Source: Haplodiscus bocki (taxonomy: Eukaryota). Taken from it: a DNA stretch of 64,000 bases. The position numbers and the translations under genes were made by a program. Shown piece after piece: positions 12,900-27,600 of this stretch (position 1 is its first letter; each line of letters starts with the position of its first letter). The notes under the pieces were generated by a model. That model had not been told where the DNA came from. It saw only the letters and a program-made list of their open reading frames with translations, and did no database searches. Where the stretch lies: the NCBI GenBank assembly GCA_965655095.1, contig OZ296650.1, forward strand, positions 94,426,001 through 94,490,000. Reading direction: 5' to 3'.

Positions 12900-14500
12900 C
12901 CACTGTTCTTCAACGACAAAATTTCTTCAAAGTAGAGTCTCCATGAATTGTTTATATCAGCTTAAATTTTGAGATTTCTATGAAACGTAATTGACAACCT
13001 GGAGAATTGCCTGTTTTTGATTTCATGAGTTATTAATTGCTGACTGATAGAAATTAATTTTGAATTTCGAACTCATGGGAAGACACCGTTGATAGATTTT
13101 TCGATGGATTTCACCGTAGATTTCTCACCCCGAAAAAAATATGTGCTTACCTTTTTAAGATCTTGAAAGACCATTCCAAAATACTAAGTCGCACTGCTTT
13201 TTAATACCACTGTAGAACACCCCAAGCCAAATATTCAGACAGGAGTGATGTTTCCTACACAGAAAAAATAACTGATAGTCTTAACGACAAAAACATAAGT
13301 CTGCACATGCAGCCTAACGATTCCAGCCTCAAAACCAACTTAGCGCATTCTGTGACAAAGTATGGATTCATCATCGGTTCCCGTAATTTTGCTTTTGCTT
13401 GATATTATGAATTGTTAAAGCGAATATCATTTTTCATCGTTTTGTAGTTTGAGTTGATGCAAAACAAGAAAAACGATCAGTATCTTTTGGGCCATCAATT
13501 GTCAACAGCCATTTTTATCAATCTGATGTGTGCTGATTGGAAATGTTAAAGTGCTTGAATTGAACAATTTACTGAAATTTGTGGAACATGCATCCTCGAT
13601 TTTTTGATTTTTGCTAAGAATGTTACAATTTCGTCAAAAACTTTTTGGAATCTAAGCAAAAAACATTATAAAACAATATCCAGGGTGTTTTGGTCAACAT
13701 TTTTATTGAAAACTGACTTTAACTTACGATTCTGTGGTATATTGACTTTTCTAAAACATCAAAGACGCCCATCTTTAAGCGGATTAACAATGGTAAAAGA
13801 GAAGAAACTGCGGGAAAATTGAGCCAACTGGTGTCACTAATTCGACATTTTTTGGCATGCTTCTTGCAAATAACAAAATTTTGGAGAAAATTTTATCAGA
13901 AAACTCTACACAACATCAGTCTATTCGATCTGGTCTGGCGGTACCAGCAAAATAAGATGTCATCAAAAAAATTCTCTCAAACTCGCAAATTAGTGACACC
14001 TTAATGAAAGGCAACACTATGCATCTGCGTTTTTTTTCAAAACTCATGAAACAGACATGCTCATTTCTCCAGACCGAAGTTTTCATTAGAAGTTGATTAT
14101 AAGAGGAGGAGTAGAGCTGCGATATTTTTAAATCAGACGTTCACAGAATGTAAATCAAAGTAATTTTGACCAGACTCATGAGTTTTGGGATAAAAAGCGG
14201 TTTCCAAAAAAACCGTTACAATTTTTAGTTTTTGGCAGTTGTGCACCATTGCATTTCGATTGCATTTCGAATGAGATTAATGTAGCCGACTTTATCATCA
14301 TCTAGTTGCCTTGTACAAACAACTGTCGACGAAGCTTGTTGGATGAAACCCACAGCCAATTACACTAAGCACCCTTTTTGTGACAATTTCGGTCAATCAG
14401 CATTCCATTGCACAGCCTACAATCAACAATCAAGTAACGGAAAGTTCTCCTCAAAAATGAAGCCTATTTAGTGGGACCCATTAGACGAAAACAAGCCAGT
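12900..14500 (+). pseudogene. Possible highly decayed piggyBac-like transposase
   Basis: Scattered motif-like pieces in the expected order: 'SMNCF...ILRF' (~12935), 'KYGF' (~13360), 'LFCDNF' (~14380), 'YLVGPIRRK' (~14470). No intact ORF. Confidence 0.3.
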
Positions 14501-16734
14501 TCTTGTGCAAAAAAAATTTAACATCGAGAAAAGTCAGTACTTTTGCTGCTTCGGCATTCCAGACAGATCAAGTTTCTGATATTAAAAAAAGAACGATTTC
14601 TCAAAGGAAGATTTTTTGAAGGTAAAAAGTAGTTGATTGCCACTTTGATGGGGAAAATTAGCCTGTAGTTTTAGCAAAAAACTTGCTTCTTGAAATTCAC
14701 GAAAAATTTTTTGAAACTGCAATTTCAAGCAATTTAGCCCTGTAAAAACTCAAAGGCAACAAAACCAACCCAGTAATTGATTCTCAGGAAAGTAGGCGAT
14801 TTTGACGTGGATGCAAGAAATCCAACAGTTAGTTTTCGCGAAAGTTAAGTTTGATTATCGCGGAAACATTTGCAAACCAAAAGTTTCCACCTTTCGCGTT
14901 ATGGCGACTTCCACGCGAGAAACGAATTTGGAAGGTTTTTCCCAGCGGTGCTCTGCACGGAGATAGTTTTCAAATTAGATCTTGAGAAAAAAACTTAGGC
15001 TGGTAGTTCTGTAGAAAAACTGTTTTTGAAATGAAAACGTCCAGTGTTTTCAATTTTTGACGTTTTGGGCTGACCATGATTTATATGCAAAGAACAGAAT
15101 CACAGATAAAACATTTGAAAATTATGTTTTCAGTGAAGCAGTGTCAATTGGAAGTTTGAGGAAAGATTTCAGACGAATGTTTTTGGTGAAAACGTGTTCC
15201 GAAAAAATGGAAAAAAACTTTTCATCTTCTGTTTCATTTGCGTTGCATAAGTAGAAAGTTATAGAATGAGAGTTTCATTTGAATGATCAAAACGGTAGTT
15301 TAACAAAAAATGATTTTGAGTACTGAGGGCAATCTTTACAGTGACAGTTTTTGGATTTTTCGTTTAATCGGGATTTCAATTCCGGGAACGAAGGTGGAGA
15401 ACGATTCTTCAAGAAACGTCCGCAGTTGGAGAGTGAGCCTCGCGAATTCCATGGCAGAAATGCAGTCAGTAGATTCAGGGATGAATCATTTTCAATAAAG
15501 CAGAAAATGGTTAGCAATTGCTTTGCTTTGCATTTTCGCACTGTCAAATTCCGACGTCAATCACAAAATTCGTCGTCCTTTTTTCAATGACAATGTAGTG
15601 TAAAGGGCTTGTCGATTGACGTATGGATTAGGACGATGTCAAGCCCTTAGTTTTGAAGGTACTAAATAAAAAGTAAATAAAAATAAAAAGATTGATTTCA
15701 CGTTTTGACAGTTTTGGCTCACCACGAAGCCCATGCAGGGAGAAGATTTGATTACTTTATCAAAGATAAGACGGGCTATTACTGATTAGCTCTCTTTTGA
15801 AACGTGCAGGGAAGAAGTCGAACTGCTATTTCCAGTGAATAAATGGTTTGAAAATGGAACAAACTTACTCATTGCACCTTTTAGAGTTTTTCACCGTCAA
15901 TTTTTCAGTGCATGGGACAAATCTGATGGCTTTATTATGCATTTGCGTTCAACATCTAGAAAATTTTTGGTTAAAACCTCGGTAGAAGAAGTCAGGCTGG
16001 TATTTTCCGTGTAATACAGATTACATTATGGAAGAAGTTTCACAATTTTCAATTTTTGGCACTCAGGCCCTACAGGGATCACACATCGAAACGTTCGAGC
16101 AGAAGCAGGTGCGATTTGATGCTTTATGTGTTTTAGAGGCCGGAGAAATCAAAATATCTAGAATAGAATACGAGATAGGGATAAAAGGGAAAAATTTTCT
16201 AATTTAAATATTCATCATCAACTTTTGTAAAGATGATGATAAATTTTTTTGGCGTTTCTGAAAAAAAACCGTGGAAAACTGGTGAGAAACAAGATTTTTA
16301 AAACTTTTTGTAGCAAAACGGACAATTTTTGAGAGAATAACTCCTCCACAGTAGTGAATTTTATCGAGGAAATTTTGTTTTGTTCTCTTTAGAAGATTGT
16401 GGGCTACTTAACAGCGGTCCAAGCACATATGTATTATACGAGCAGCCAGTTTTTCTGCAAAATACTCTGTTCGCGCTATGGGAGGTTTCTTGAAAAAAAA
16501 CCTTTCAATGAAACGAATAATTTGCTTTCGAAAACAAAATATGCTGAGCACGGAACAAAAAATTGGTGAATTTTGGACTTTTTTCGTCAAAATTTGAATC
16601 TTTACGATTAGCATCAAAAAACATGCTGCACACGTGAACTTGATTTTTTCCGAGAAGTTCCTTAACTTGTTATCTCTATACCTGCTCCTAATATATTTAT
16701 GTACGTGAAAATAGCTTTAATGTTTTTGTCATAG

Positions 16735-17565
16735 TTATTTTTTTTGCCGTATATGTAATATACAAGAAAAATTATTCATTCAGTAGGGTCGTTTTTTTAT
16801 CTGACCAAAATTGCCAACTCTTTTTATTCAAAAATAAATGACAGCGGTAGGCTCAGGACAACAAGGTTCTCAAGCAGTAGGTTCGGAGTTCGAATCACTG
16901 CCCTGCCAAAAATTTTTACGATTTATCCCTAACATTTTTCGATACCCGAAATTAGTGAAATACTAAAAAGTTCTCCTACGAAATTTTTCGGCACTGTGAG
17001 ACAAAACAATTTTGACAGAAAATCGTGATACTCCCTCCTCCTTCTCTTATCCATAAACTTTTTGGCTACCGGAAATTTTCTGAAACACAGCACAGAAGGG
17101 TTCCTCTACGAAATTTTTCGGCACTGTGAGACAAAACAATTTTGACAGAAAATCGTGATACTCCCTCCCCCCTCTTATCCATAGAATTTTTCGATACCAG
17201 AAATTTTGTGAAACACAGAAGGGCTTCCCTACGAAGTTTTTCAGTACTGTGAGACAACAAATTTTCTATCGAAAATCGTGATATTCCCCTCTCAGGCATA
17301 AAATTTTTCGATACCCGAAACTTTCTGAAACACAGAGGGGTTCCTCTACGAATTGATTCGGTACTGTGAGACAAAAAAATTTTCAACGGAAAATCGTGAT
17401 ACCCTTTTGCATAAAATACAGAAGTCAGTGCTCGAATTGATGTTGGTAAAAACTCTTTGAAAACTGATATCAAAACAGTAGTTTTGTTTATAACCTGTTG
17501 CAAAAGGTGATCAAAATATTTGCAGTTGGGCGAAAAATATGCCGGTGCTAGCCGGCCGTCTTGTT
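16735..17565 (+). mobile_element. Non-autonomous Helentron/DINE-1-like element with a tRNA-like segment and internal tandem repeats
   Basis: 3' hairpin GCCGG-TGCTAG-CCGGC (17541-17556) followed by CTTGTT; imperfect subterminal inverted repeat (TATTTTTTTGCCG ~16736 vs GGGCGAAAAATA ~17528); B-box-like GTTCGAATC at 16888-16896; internal ~120-130 bp repeats. Confidence 0.5.
16935..17405. repeat. Tandem minisatellite, ~4 units of 117-130 bp
   Basis: The core C(G/A)G(C/T)ACTGTGAGACAA...GAAAATCGTGATA recurs at 16989, 17119, 17242 and 17359. Confidence 0.9.
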
Positions 17566-20500
17566 TTCAATGTTTCTTTGTGATCGTCTAAAATGTTTTG
17601 ACGCAAAGAGTGGTTCTAAAACTTTTGAAGCTATTGGGCCTCAGCGTAATCATCAGATTCTATCTACAAAAGAGAGCTAACGGAAGAAATGTACCGGCCA
17701 GTTCTCATGTTTTTGCCAACGAATCATGGAACTCTACTCTGTGCAGAGCACCGAACAATCAGCATATGACACGTCAAACAACTTTTGCTGAAAATGATCA
17801 GAAAGCGAATCAAAAGGAAAAATAGTTGAAGATATCAGCGTCACCCAATATAGTTTTCGTGGATGTTGTGGAACGCAAAATTCAGTTTTCGTCCTGAAAA
17901 GCCTGGGTCAATGAGCTGTTCAAACGAGGACCGACCTGTACTTTTGCTTCGTTGATTACACAAAGGTTTTGGACAGGGTTTCAATTAACGAACTACTACA
18001 CTTGCTCCACGACTTAGAACTGGACGACTGTGACCTCAGACTAGTCCAAGATATCTACTATAATTATGAAATAAAAATCCGGATTCGAGATTATACCAAC
18101 CAAAAGTGGTGTCAGTAAAAGATCTGTGTTGTCGCCGGACCTATACTTACTAGCTTTTCAGTGAAAAACTCATCATGAGGACTGTGGAACCCCTGCTATG
18201 ACTCGTCGTTGGTGGTGTGAACGTGAACAATCTTCGGTATGCACAGCACACAATCCTTTTTGCACTCCCACAGACAACTTCCAATCACCCGTGAACCAAC
18301 TAGATGCCATCAGCACGAAGTTTGATTGTAAGCAAAGTGAGGTACCATATGCGATCAATGTGGTCCGTTTAATTTTTTGCTTGGGAAAGAGTAATTCAAA
18401 AAGGATAATATAATTTGTGTTTCACTGATGCACCGCTTACCAACCTGGAGGTGTCCGTTTGGTTTTATTGGAACAGAGCAAACAAAAGTTTGCAAAACCA
18501 TTCCTGAGTTAGTTGTTTTTTTTCCTTCAAAATGGACGACTTTTGTTTACTCAAAATATCGCAGTACCACTGCAGTTTTTTCACTGTATCAAATGACAAA
18601 CGATGGTATGATAATGGATTTTTCTACACTCCCGTTCATTCCAAAATTGATAACTTCCGACAACGATTTCTTAGGAACTTCACTCAGGTTCCTAACGGTT
18701 ATTGGGTGCGTTGTTCAAGCTCCGACTTATACCGGTTATAAATGGGACAGACTCGTAGATTATTAGGTACATTACACTGGTTTTTGTTTGAAAAAAAGTT
18801 GAAACATTATTATAGTTGGTCACGCCCAGTCTGATTCCCGGAGCCATCAATTTTCAAAATTTCATGAGATATTCAAAACAACTCGACTCCTTTCATAAAT
18901 TTTTGAGCCCAAAATCTCATAACGTCTGGAAGGCACAAAGTGTCTTTCAACCCATAAAAACCTGTCATTTCTAAAGAAAATCGACAGTCCAGGCCCAAAA
19001 CATTGCTTTGATATGTATTACGATAAGGTATAGCATTTTATGCTTGAGACAATCCTATTTATTTAAAAATTTGCGGTCAAAAGTATCAAAAAATCAAATG
19101 TACTTATACAACCGGGAGATGATAAGACTTCCATTGAGATTAAAACAAGGAAATTTTTTCCCTTGAATGAAAAAACATCAGTTTTCAATAGAAGTTCTCA
19201 AAATATCACAGAGTAGTTTAAAATATCAAGATTTTGAAGATTCTGAAATCGACTTTATTAGCATGAATTTTGAAAAGCAAAAAATGAGAAGAAGTTGAGT
19301 CAATTCAACCCTTGATAACCTGCCTAAAGTGACTATAAAATGGCCAAAGTAGAGTTTGACAGCCTTATGTTCCATTTCTTTTCTTTTTCTGTGCCCAAAA
19401 AAGTCACTGTACTTTGTACACATATGGAACGTTTAAATAAAGTATTCAAACTGCTGACCAAAAGCAAAAGAACGACTGTGAAGATAAAACGTCAGTAATT
19501 TTAGACCCCATTTCAGAATGAAGATTCAATTCGTTATAAAATCAGGAATCTCTGTTTTTCATGGATTCATGCCAAAATTTCGGGCGAACTTTCTAGAACC
19601 TTGAAACATTTTCTACCGCGATATTTTTACGGAAAGATAAAACGAACCGTCCTTTGAACGGAATAAGTATTTTGTGTAAAAAAATAACTTAAAAATTGGT
19701 TACAATCTTCTGATTTTTTTAAACATGTTCACTATAAGCGGGTCTCGAGATCTAATTTTCATTTTGCTGCGAAATGGTACTTTGGGCGCCTTAAAGTCAA
19801 CCAAACACGGCCAAAGATGGTCAGTGTTTTCTCAAAAACTGAAAAAGCTTGGTTAAGAACACACGTGCTGCTGCTATGAACATGTTCTTCAAGGTTCTTT
19901 GCTGTACAACAATCAACTTTTTGAGCCAAGATTAAGCTTCCTCGTAGCTTAGGCTGCCGATGTCTTATTTAGATTGCGAACATGGATTAAAAACCAGATA
20001 TTCAGAAGTAGCATATTTTTCTGAAATTCCTACTTAGTTTTCAGATAGATGAAATTTGAAGTTTTAGTAGGAATGCGGAAATTGATTTTTCTTGGAATAT
20101 TCTGGCAGTTTTTATTTATAAGGAAGCATAGCCTAGTTCCGATGGTTTCACAAACTAGTAGTTTTCTTTGGTGCTAATACGTAGTCCAGTTCCATGTTTC
20201 CAGAAAGATTGGGGAAACTGTTTTGCAGGTCCTGCGAATCTCTGAAAAGCTTGAAAATCAGGATTCTATTACTAAGTAAACTCGAACAACGTTGCAACAC
20301 AATACACAAAAGTGAAGGAAGTATTTCGGAAAGTATCAAAGAAATTGTCGGTGCCTTTGAAGTACACTGGAGAGGGAATTGATAGCCAACCTAGAAACAT
20401 AGGCAACAAGAAGCATAGCTTTAAGCTAACGACAAAAATTTTTCAAAGGAGCAAAGAAAACCTGCTCTCATTTTTAACTCGGAATGTCGGTACATCAAGG

Positions 20501-23500
20501 ATTTGATATCAAGCTATTTTGTTGTTTTCAACAGAACAACTTCAAAGAACAACAACTTCCAGTGTTTTCTTGCAGGAAGCCGAAGAAAAAATTCACCGCA
20601 ACTAGTGAAAAAATTGGAATAGGTTGGAAACAACACTCTGGGTTCTGACTCTGGAACAAGATGCTTCTCTCAGACTTTACACTCAGGACAATGAACTGTA
20701 TTATGACAATTTCGGTTCACTAGTAAAAAAAACTCCATTTTCAATTTTTGGAACAGAAAAAGAACCCTTAATACATGGAAACCTCTTTTATGTGCCATTA
20801 CAAAATTTTGTTCCTTTTTAGTTCAATAGTGACTACATATGATTCAAAATTGAGAAAACATCTCAAAGTGGTCGATTTTCAAGTCTTCTTCATATATCAA
20901 ATTTGTGATTGACAGCAATTTAGTTTCCATATGCGATAGATTGATGTCGTTTTGTTAGGTCTTTCGAAAGAAATGAATGTTTTCCGACTAATGACAGAGG
21001 AAATGGGACGAAAAATAGACAAAATTTTCCAAAATTACGAAGAGGTCTTCAGGTTTTTTCTGCAGAAAAACCTATCGAACATCTTCTTGATTGCAATCGA
21101 ATTAGAGTATCTAAACCATTGAACTCAGTAAGTTATGTTTTGACAAAATATTTGTATTTCAGACTTTTTTTCAAGGATAGAGCACTAACGTTTCATAAAA
21201 ACTTTTATATAGCTCTATTTTCAAGGATATTCCACCACAAAAAATCTCAAACTTTCGACCACAGCCAAAATCATAATATGAGAGCGACACTCTGGTCTCT
21301 TTTCTATGCCACCGCAAATTTTGGTTGTTTTGGGACATGGATTTTCAGGGGGGACTTAATGTTTACAAAATACCTCCCAAATAGAAAAAAGTTCTCGCTT
21401 TTGATCTTTTTGCGCAAAAACTTTGTCAAAAAATTTTTGATCAAAGCAAAAACCTAGTAGGTGACAGACTGCGGTTTTTCTTTCTTGAAACCGCAAAAAT
21501 TGCCTTTTGGATGTGAATTTTACGATAGAAAACTAAGCAAATTCCTTACGTCTCCTGATATAGACAAAAATTCAGTTTTCCTGACTTTTTTCCATGAAAA
21601 CCTATCGAAGAAATATTCTGCTGCAATAAAAGTATAAGTGATGAAATTGACCTCCTTTTTGAGCCTGGCAAAGTTTATTTGAATTGGAGACCTGCGTACG
21701 AAAAAAACTTTTTCGACAAAGTCAAAGTAGTCGAAAATAGCTTAATTTTCTAAACTTCTCCAGCAAAAAAACCTATCGAAAAGTCTGACCGCCACCAAAA
21801 ATCAACAAACGCAGTAGACTCTAGTCTTAATATATCTCCAAGAATCAGAAAAATAGGTACTGTTATTCTGAGATTTGAACCAGTCATACCCCAGCCAATA
21901 AGTGTTTTGGTGAAGTTTTGGGCCAAGAAACGTCTGAGACTTCAATTTCTGAAATTCGATTCTTTTAGAATTCTACAACTTGATGTCAATATTCATACAT
22001 AAAAGACAGAAAATGACAAAAGCAGAAACTAGTAAAACGAGAATTTGCTATCAACTAATGCTCGTTGTCAGCCAGAGAAAAAGAACGTGGATCGTTTTAA
22101 CCTCGCGTTGCTCCCGTAATCATAGCTATTTACGTGACGAGGGTTGAGTCTGCCCGCCTTGATTGGAACCAAATACGCTGACGTAGATAAATAAACATTA
22201 ACTTAAGGAATCTATCTCGAAATAAAATGCTTCAAAATTTTTTGTCAAACTTCGCCATGTGACATGTTTTTCGCATATGTTGGCAAGAGTTCTCTTCCGT
22301 AGCAACAGATCTGGGCTTTGAATGTGTTGGTGAAATTGTAGACAAAGTAGTTCATTAATTCGTCCCGGCAAGTTTCCCTGAGAAACTTTTACATATATCA
22401 GAAAAGTGATGATCTGAAGTTGGAAAAGTAGCATGAGGTGAGATTTCTCATCCTGGTAATATATCAATCTATGCATTTGCACTATGTATGTTTGTTGACG
22501 TTGAGCAATTTTTCTGTTATGAATGCATTTCCCGATTGTATTGGATTTCACTTTGAAAAAGATGCTAATCATTCGTTACAAGAAAAGTTATTATTAATTT
22601 CAGGTTTTCATGAGTCAAAATTAGTGCCGAAAAATTGCCGATTTTCATGTTCGGCGCCGAAAACCGTAAAGTGCCCAAAAATAATTTTCTACGAGTTGCC
22701 CACTAGTTCTCCGTTGCGCTTCCCCCCCCCCCCCCCACGGCTTTAGAAATCCGGTGATTGCGCGATTTATAATTTGTGGAGTTTATTCAACAGACGTTGT
22801 CAAGAGCTTTCAAATCGTTTTATTTGTGGAGTTTTGGACCTTTTCTCATAGCTCTGACTGCGCATTTGTTTTACTTGGAAAAATCTCAAGACGCCTTCAT
22901 AGATTTTCAAAATTTAGTTTGGCTTTGTCCGAGGCCTCCCCTTGAGCTGGCTAGTTTTTTTGACATGTCTCTTCTGGCTTATATAATAAAATTTTGTTTA
23001 TATATTCTTGGAATAAGCTGTTCGTTCATCTGACACCGCTGAAAAATTTCTGCCAGATGAATCTAGTTATAAAGTTTAAAGTTCATTAGAGGCTTCGCCG
23101 GCTCCACCAGTGTCAATTATTTCTTTCTGACAACTCGTTCATAGCACTTGATGATTCTTCAGCTGTTTACCATTTCGAGATGCACCCCTTTTGTGGTTAA
23201 TAATTCTCGTTTTTTTGTGAGATCGTGTTCCACAAGTTAGTGATGTAAATTTAAAGGATACTTCAAAGGCTAGTGAAAATGATCCTATAAATTTCAAATT
23301 ATTAGAAGAAAATTTTGATTTGAATGATCCTGTTGAGAAATCAGAAAATGTCAAATTTTAATCCGTACTATATGTCGAATCAAAGCCAGACAAGAACTTG
23401 CAGATCTGGAAAGTCGTTGACACAGTGATTAAAAATTATTTCCTTGGAAATATCGATTAAAATTGCTCATTTAATGGTCGTCTGATCAGGTAAAATTTGC

Positions 23501-24188
23501 AATCTTTGGCCGATTCTATGCTTCTGGAAAAATTCCTTTAAATTTCTTGATTCTTTCTATCGAAAAAAGCTTTAAATAAATAAAAATGTATATCTCTGGA
23601 TCCACTCAAACAAAAAATTCGACGAAGAAGATTTAAATAATTGTCCAGCGAAATAGCAAATAAAACAAAAATCAAAATCCTGCAACCAAAAGATCAAACC
23701 ATCAATCCCAAATGCACTCATCAGTTCTAGAACAGAGAAGTAGTTTTCTCTATTACAAAATGTAGCATAAATTTGATACTAATAAAATTGATAGACTCTG
23801 ATAATGACTCTACAATTGAAATTTGTCGAAACATAATCACCGTTTGCTTAAAAGAATCATTCTAGGTTGAGTTTCACTACCTTATACATGCAAAGATTCA
23901 GAGTTGTGACTATTTCTTGATTTGCATCCTCTATATAGGTCCACGTTCATCATGAAAGATGGTAGATTTTTGTTGTAAGTAACTATCAAATAGCTCAGTT
24001 ATGCTTATTTCCAACAAACGAAACGTCCTCGCAATCATATCCTAACAAAAAAATGGTTATGCATTTTCCATTCGAAAACTGACTTTGGCATGCTACAGCG
24101 AAATTTAACACAGAATTGGGGTAAATATGGTCACAAAAAGGACGATCGAAGAGAAATTTAGAGCTTTTCGAGTCTTTTTAAATCTTCT

Positions 24189-24698
24189 CTAATCGAAATA
24201 TGGCATTGGAGTGTTTTTAATCATCTCAAGACAAGTGTCGTAATACTTGGTGAAGTTCTCGTTTGACTTGACATAGACGGATGAGCAGGGCGCCGAGCAA
24301 TTGAGAGCAGCTCCTAAATCCGCCTGAGAGGGCACGAAGATGTAGGGGATGTCTTTTTCTTCACACAAAACCGGAAAGTGCGAGATGAGGTCGATCGGTG
24401 TCACATCTCCGCCCAAAATGACAAAACAGTTTTTGGCATCTTTACCTATAGCTCGCTTCGTCGATTTCTCCCCAAAGCTGATAGTTCCTTTTCTCATGTC
24501 CGCGTCGCAAACCTTCTTCAACAATTTGTATATTTGTTTCGTCAGTTTGCGAGAAGCCATGGGGACTGCAATGGGTGTGCATAGAGCCACAAGCTCCTCG
24601 TAAGTCTTGCCCTGCTCACCTTCCATTCGAGATTGATCCATCATACTCTGATCGCCCTGGCCTTCTTCACCATTTTCCTCATACGTTTCTTGGGCCAT
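24189..24698 (-). CDS. NHP2: H/ACA snoRNP subunit 2 (L7Ae family), single coding exon
   Basis: 'TYEELVALCTPIAVPMASRKLTKQIYKLLKK...GEK...GDVTPIDLISHFPVLCEEKDIPYIFVPSQADLGAA' is the NHP2 signature. The ATG (MAQETY) directly follows the acceptor CTAACGTTTCAG, so the ORF-track 'MILTFQ' is probably intronic. Confidence 0.93.
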   Translation of the reverse strand: MAQETYEENGEEGQGDQSMMDQSRMEGEQGKTYEELVALCTPIAVPMASRKLTKQIYKLLKKVCDADMRKGTISFGEKSTKRAIGKDAKNCFVILGGDVTPIDLISHFPVLCEEKDIPYIFVPSQADLGAALNCSAPCSSVYVKSNENFTKYYDTCLEMIKNTPMPYFD

Positions 24699-27600
24699 CT
24701 GAAACGTTAGAATCATGACTGTATGATTGAAACTGGCAACATGAAAGAAAAAGCATCTGACACAAGTGAGACAATCTTACAAAACAGAATAGTTATGATA
24801 TACACAAAAAAATTATGGTACATCTAAAACGAAGCATCGCAAAAATATGGAAAGGGGAGCTTTCATCAAAAAGTGATCCAAAGGGCCGAGATTAAGTTCA
24901 AAAATAATTTATCACGCCGATTTTCTCAGGAAAAACAAGAATAGGGCGAAAGTAGCAAAAATTCTCACTGCCTCGAACATTCAAGCTCTCGAAAACTTCG
25001 CAGCGTTTTGAAAATTTTCGACAAACTGAGAATCAACGTTTCGCTTTTCAACAACTTGGGCAACCAATTTCCACAGCGAAATATTGTCAACAACACAAGA
25101 AAAACTAACCCAGACTCACTCACAGTCTCTTCTACTCCAGTGACACATTGTTCGCCAAACCATCAATCACGAAACAATTAGAAAGGTAAACAAATGCACA
25201 AAGCTGAATATTTGATGCGAATTAACTCGACGAACTTGACAATATTTCAATCAAATACTTGTAATTGATTGATGTACTTGGAATCAGAGAAAACATTAAA
25301 CACCAAAAAGTGCCGTCCACTCAAGCTAGGGGAAGCGGAGGAGGAAAGAGAAACGAATCAATGAAAAGATGTGTGTTTCACTCTACCACTGAGTCACGCC
25401 AGTGTTTGCAATGTTCGAAAAGAAGATAAAATCTATAGAAATTAGGTGATTTTAATGCCTAAAAAAGAAAAGATACTTCCGGGTTTTGAAAATCGAAGCA
25501 AAAGATTCCAAAAAATCTCTTGATTTCGCTCTCGCTACATTGAAACATCGGTTTTGCATAATGATGGCGTTTAAAGAAAGATGAAACCTCTTCTTTTAAA
25601 ATCCAAACGAGGCGAAAAAAATTCTCAATATAACACTATTTTGTACTAGATAACGGGAATAACTAAGTCCAGACACAAAACAAGGCGTGACCCAGGATCG
25701 CGTTTTTGGTGAATCTGACCAAGATTCTCCTCTTTTGAGAAAATATTTAACTTTGCCAAAATTGGGGCAAAAAACGTCGTCGTATCGGTGCATAACGTAG
25801 TCCCTCTCTTCAAATCCGGGAACACTTTTGTATATTCTTCATCCCGCCGCAAAGGTTCATAAAAACTGCAACTTCCATATCGATTCAGCATGTATTGGTA
25901 GCTAGAATGCCAAAAAAGGAAAATCCCACAACATTGCAAAATTGGCCAAAATGTCACTTTTTCGTGAATTTGGAGCAATTGCAGTTTTATGTCGATTCAA
26001 GAAAAAAGGTCCAAAAATGTCTCCTCATTATCATGTAACTTTGGCTTCAATATTGAAAAGTCGGCAACCTAGTAATTAGGGAAGAAATTTGAAGATTTTT
26101 CAGATATCGTCTACGCGTATCAGACATGCTGAAAAGTTGAATCTGACAAATTATAAACGATTCGATGAATGGTGTAATTTGATACACAGAGTCCAGGCCT
26201 AAGCTTTGAAACAGAAGCTGGCCAGAAAAACCAAACAATGCGAAGGTACGAACTTTCTTCAACGAATATAACTTTATTTTTTCGAAAAATGGGCACCGAC
26301 GGGGCTCGAAAATTGAAGCACATGATTCCGAAAAGCTTGCATTTCAAAGAGTTCCGAAAAATGAACAGATCGCTTTTCTTGTGAAGAAATGGAGGCGTTT
26401 CCATAAAGAAGGAAACCTTTTACCACTTCAAAATAAGTGATCATATTCCTGAACAGTTACAATCATGACTGTATGATTGAAACTGGCAACATGATAGAAA
26501 AGGCATCTGACACAAGTGAGACAATCTTAAAAAACAGGATATTAATACACAAAAACAATTATGGCACATCTAAAACACAGCACCGCAAAAATATGGAAAA
26601 GGGAGGTTTCATCAAAAAGTGATCCAAAGGGCCGAGATTAAGTTCAAAAATAAATTATCACGCCGATTTTCTCAGGAAGAAAACATGAATTGGGCGAAAG
26701 TAGCACAAAATCTCACTGCCTCGAACATTCAAGCGCTCGAAAACTTCGCAGCCTTTTGAAAATTTTCGACACATTGAGAATCAACGTTTCGCTTTTCAAC
26801 AACTTGGGCAACCAATTTCCACAGCGAAATATTGTCAACAACACGAGAAAAACTAACCCAGAGTCACTCACAGTCTCTTCTACTCCAGTGACACATTGTT
26901 CGCCAAACCATCCATCGTTGAACAATTAGAAAGGTAAATAAATGTACAAAGTGGAATATATGATTCGAATTAAATCGACGAACTTGACAATACTTCAATC
27001 AAATACTTGTAATTGATTGATGTACTTGGAATCAGAGAAAACATTAAACACCAAAAAGTGGCGTCCACTCAAGCTAGGGGAAGCGGAGGAGGAAAGAGAA
27101 ACGAATCAATGAAAAGATGTGTGTTTCACTCTACCACTGAGTCACGCCAGCGTTTGCTATGTTCGAAAAGAAGACAAAATCTATAGACATTAAGTAATTT
27201 TAATGCCTAAAAACATATAGGCACCTGCCAGGTTTTGAAAGGCGAAGCAAAAGATTCCAAAAAGTCTCTTGATTCCGCTCTGGCTACATTAAAACAAAGG
27301 TTTTGCAACTTAAAGGCGTTTAAAGAAGAGATGAAACTTCTTCTTTTCAATTCGATACAAGGCGAAAAAAATTCGCTATATAACACTATTTTGTACTAGG
27401 TAACGGGAAAAACTATGTCCAGACACAAAACAATGCGTGACCCAGGATCGCGTTTTTGGTGAATCTGACCAAGATTCTCCTCTTTTGAGAAAATATTTAG
27501 CTTTGCCAAAATTGGGGCGAAAAACGTCGTCGTATCGGTGCATAACGTAGTCCCTCTCTTTAAAACAGGGAACAATTTTGTATATTCTTCATCCCGCCCT

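Noticed and set aside
16840-16908. Functional tRNA gene (also 39027-39102 and the CTCAGTGGTAGAG motif in the 1.75 kb unit)
   Set aside because: A/B-box-like motifs but no complete cloverleaf or anticodon arm.
18160-18770. Cys/Trp-containing ORFs as exons of a lectin-like gene
   Set aside because: Only an 'EDCG' hint; no consistent exon chain or domain could be supported.
24349-24603. Plus-strand ORFs overlapping NHP2 (likewise 46882-47328 and 49482-49802)
   Set aside because: Antisense shadows of real minus-strand genes.
26443-26492. U17/snR30-like motif ATATTCCTG followed by a hairpin and ACA
   Set aside because: The second motif (AAACCAT) is absent, the first is not conserved among units, and it is antisense to the host gene.
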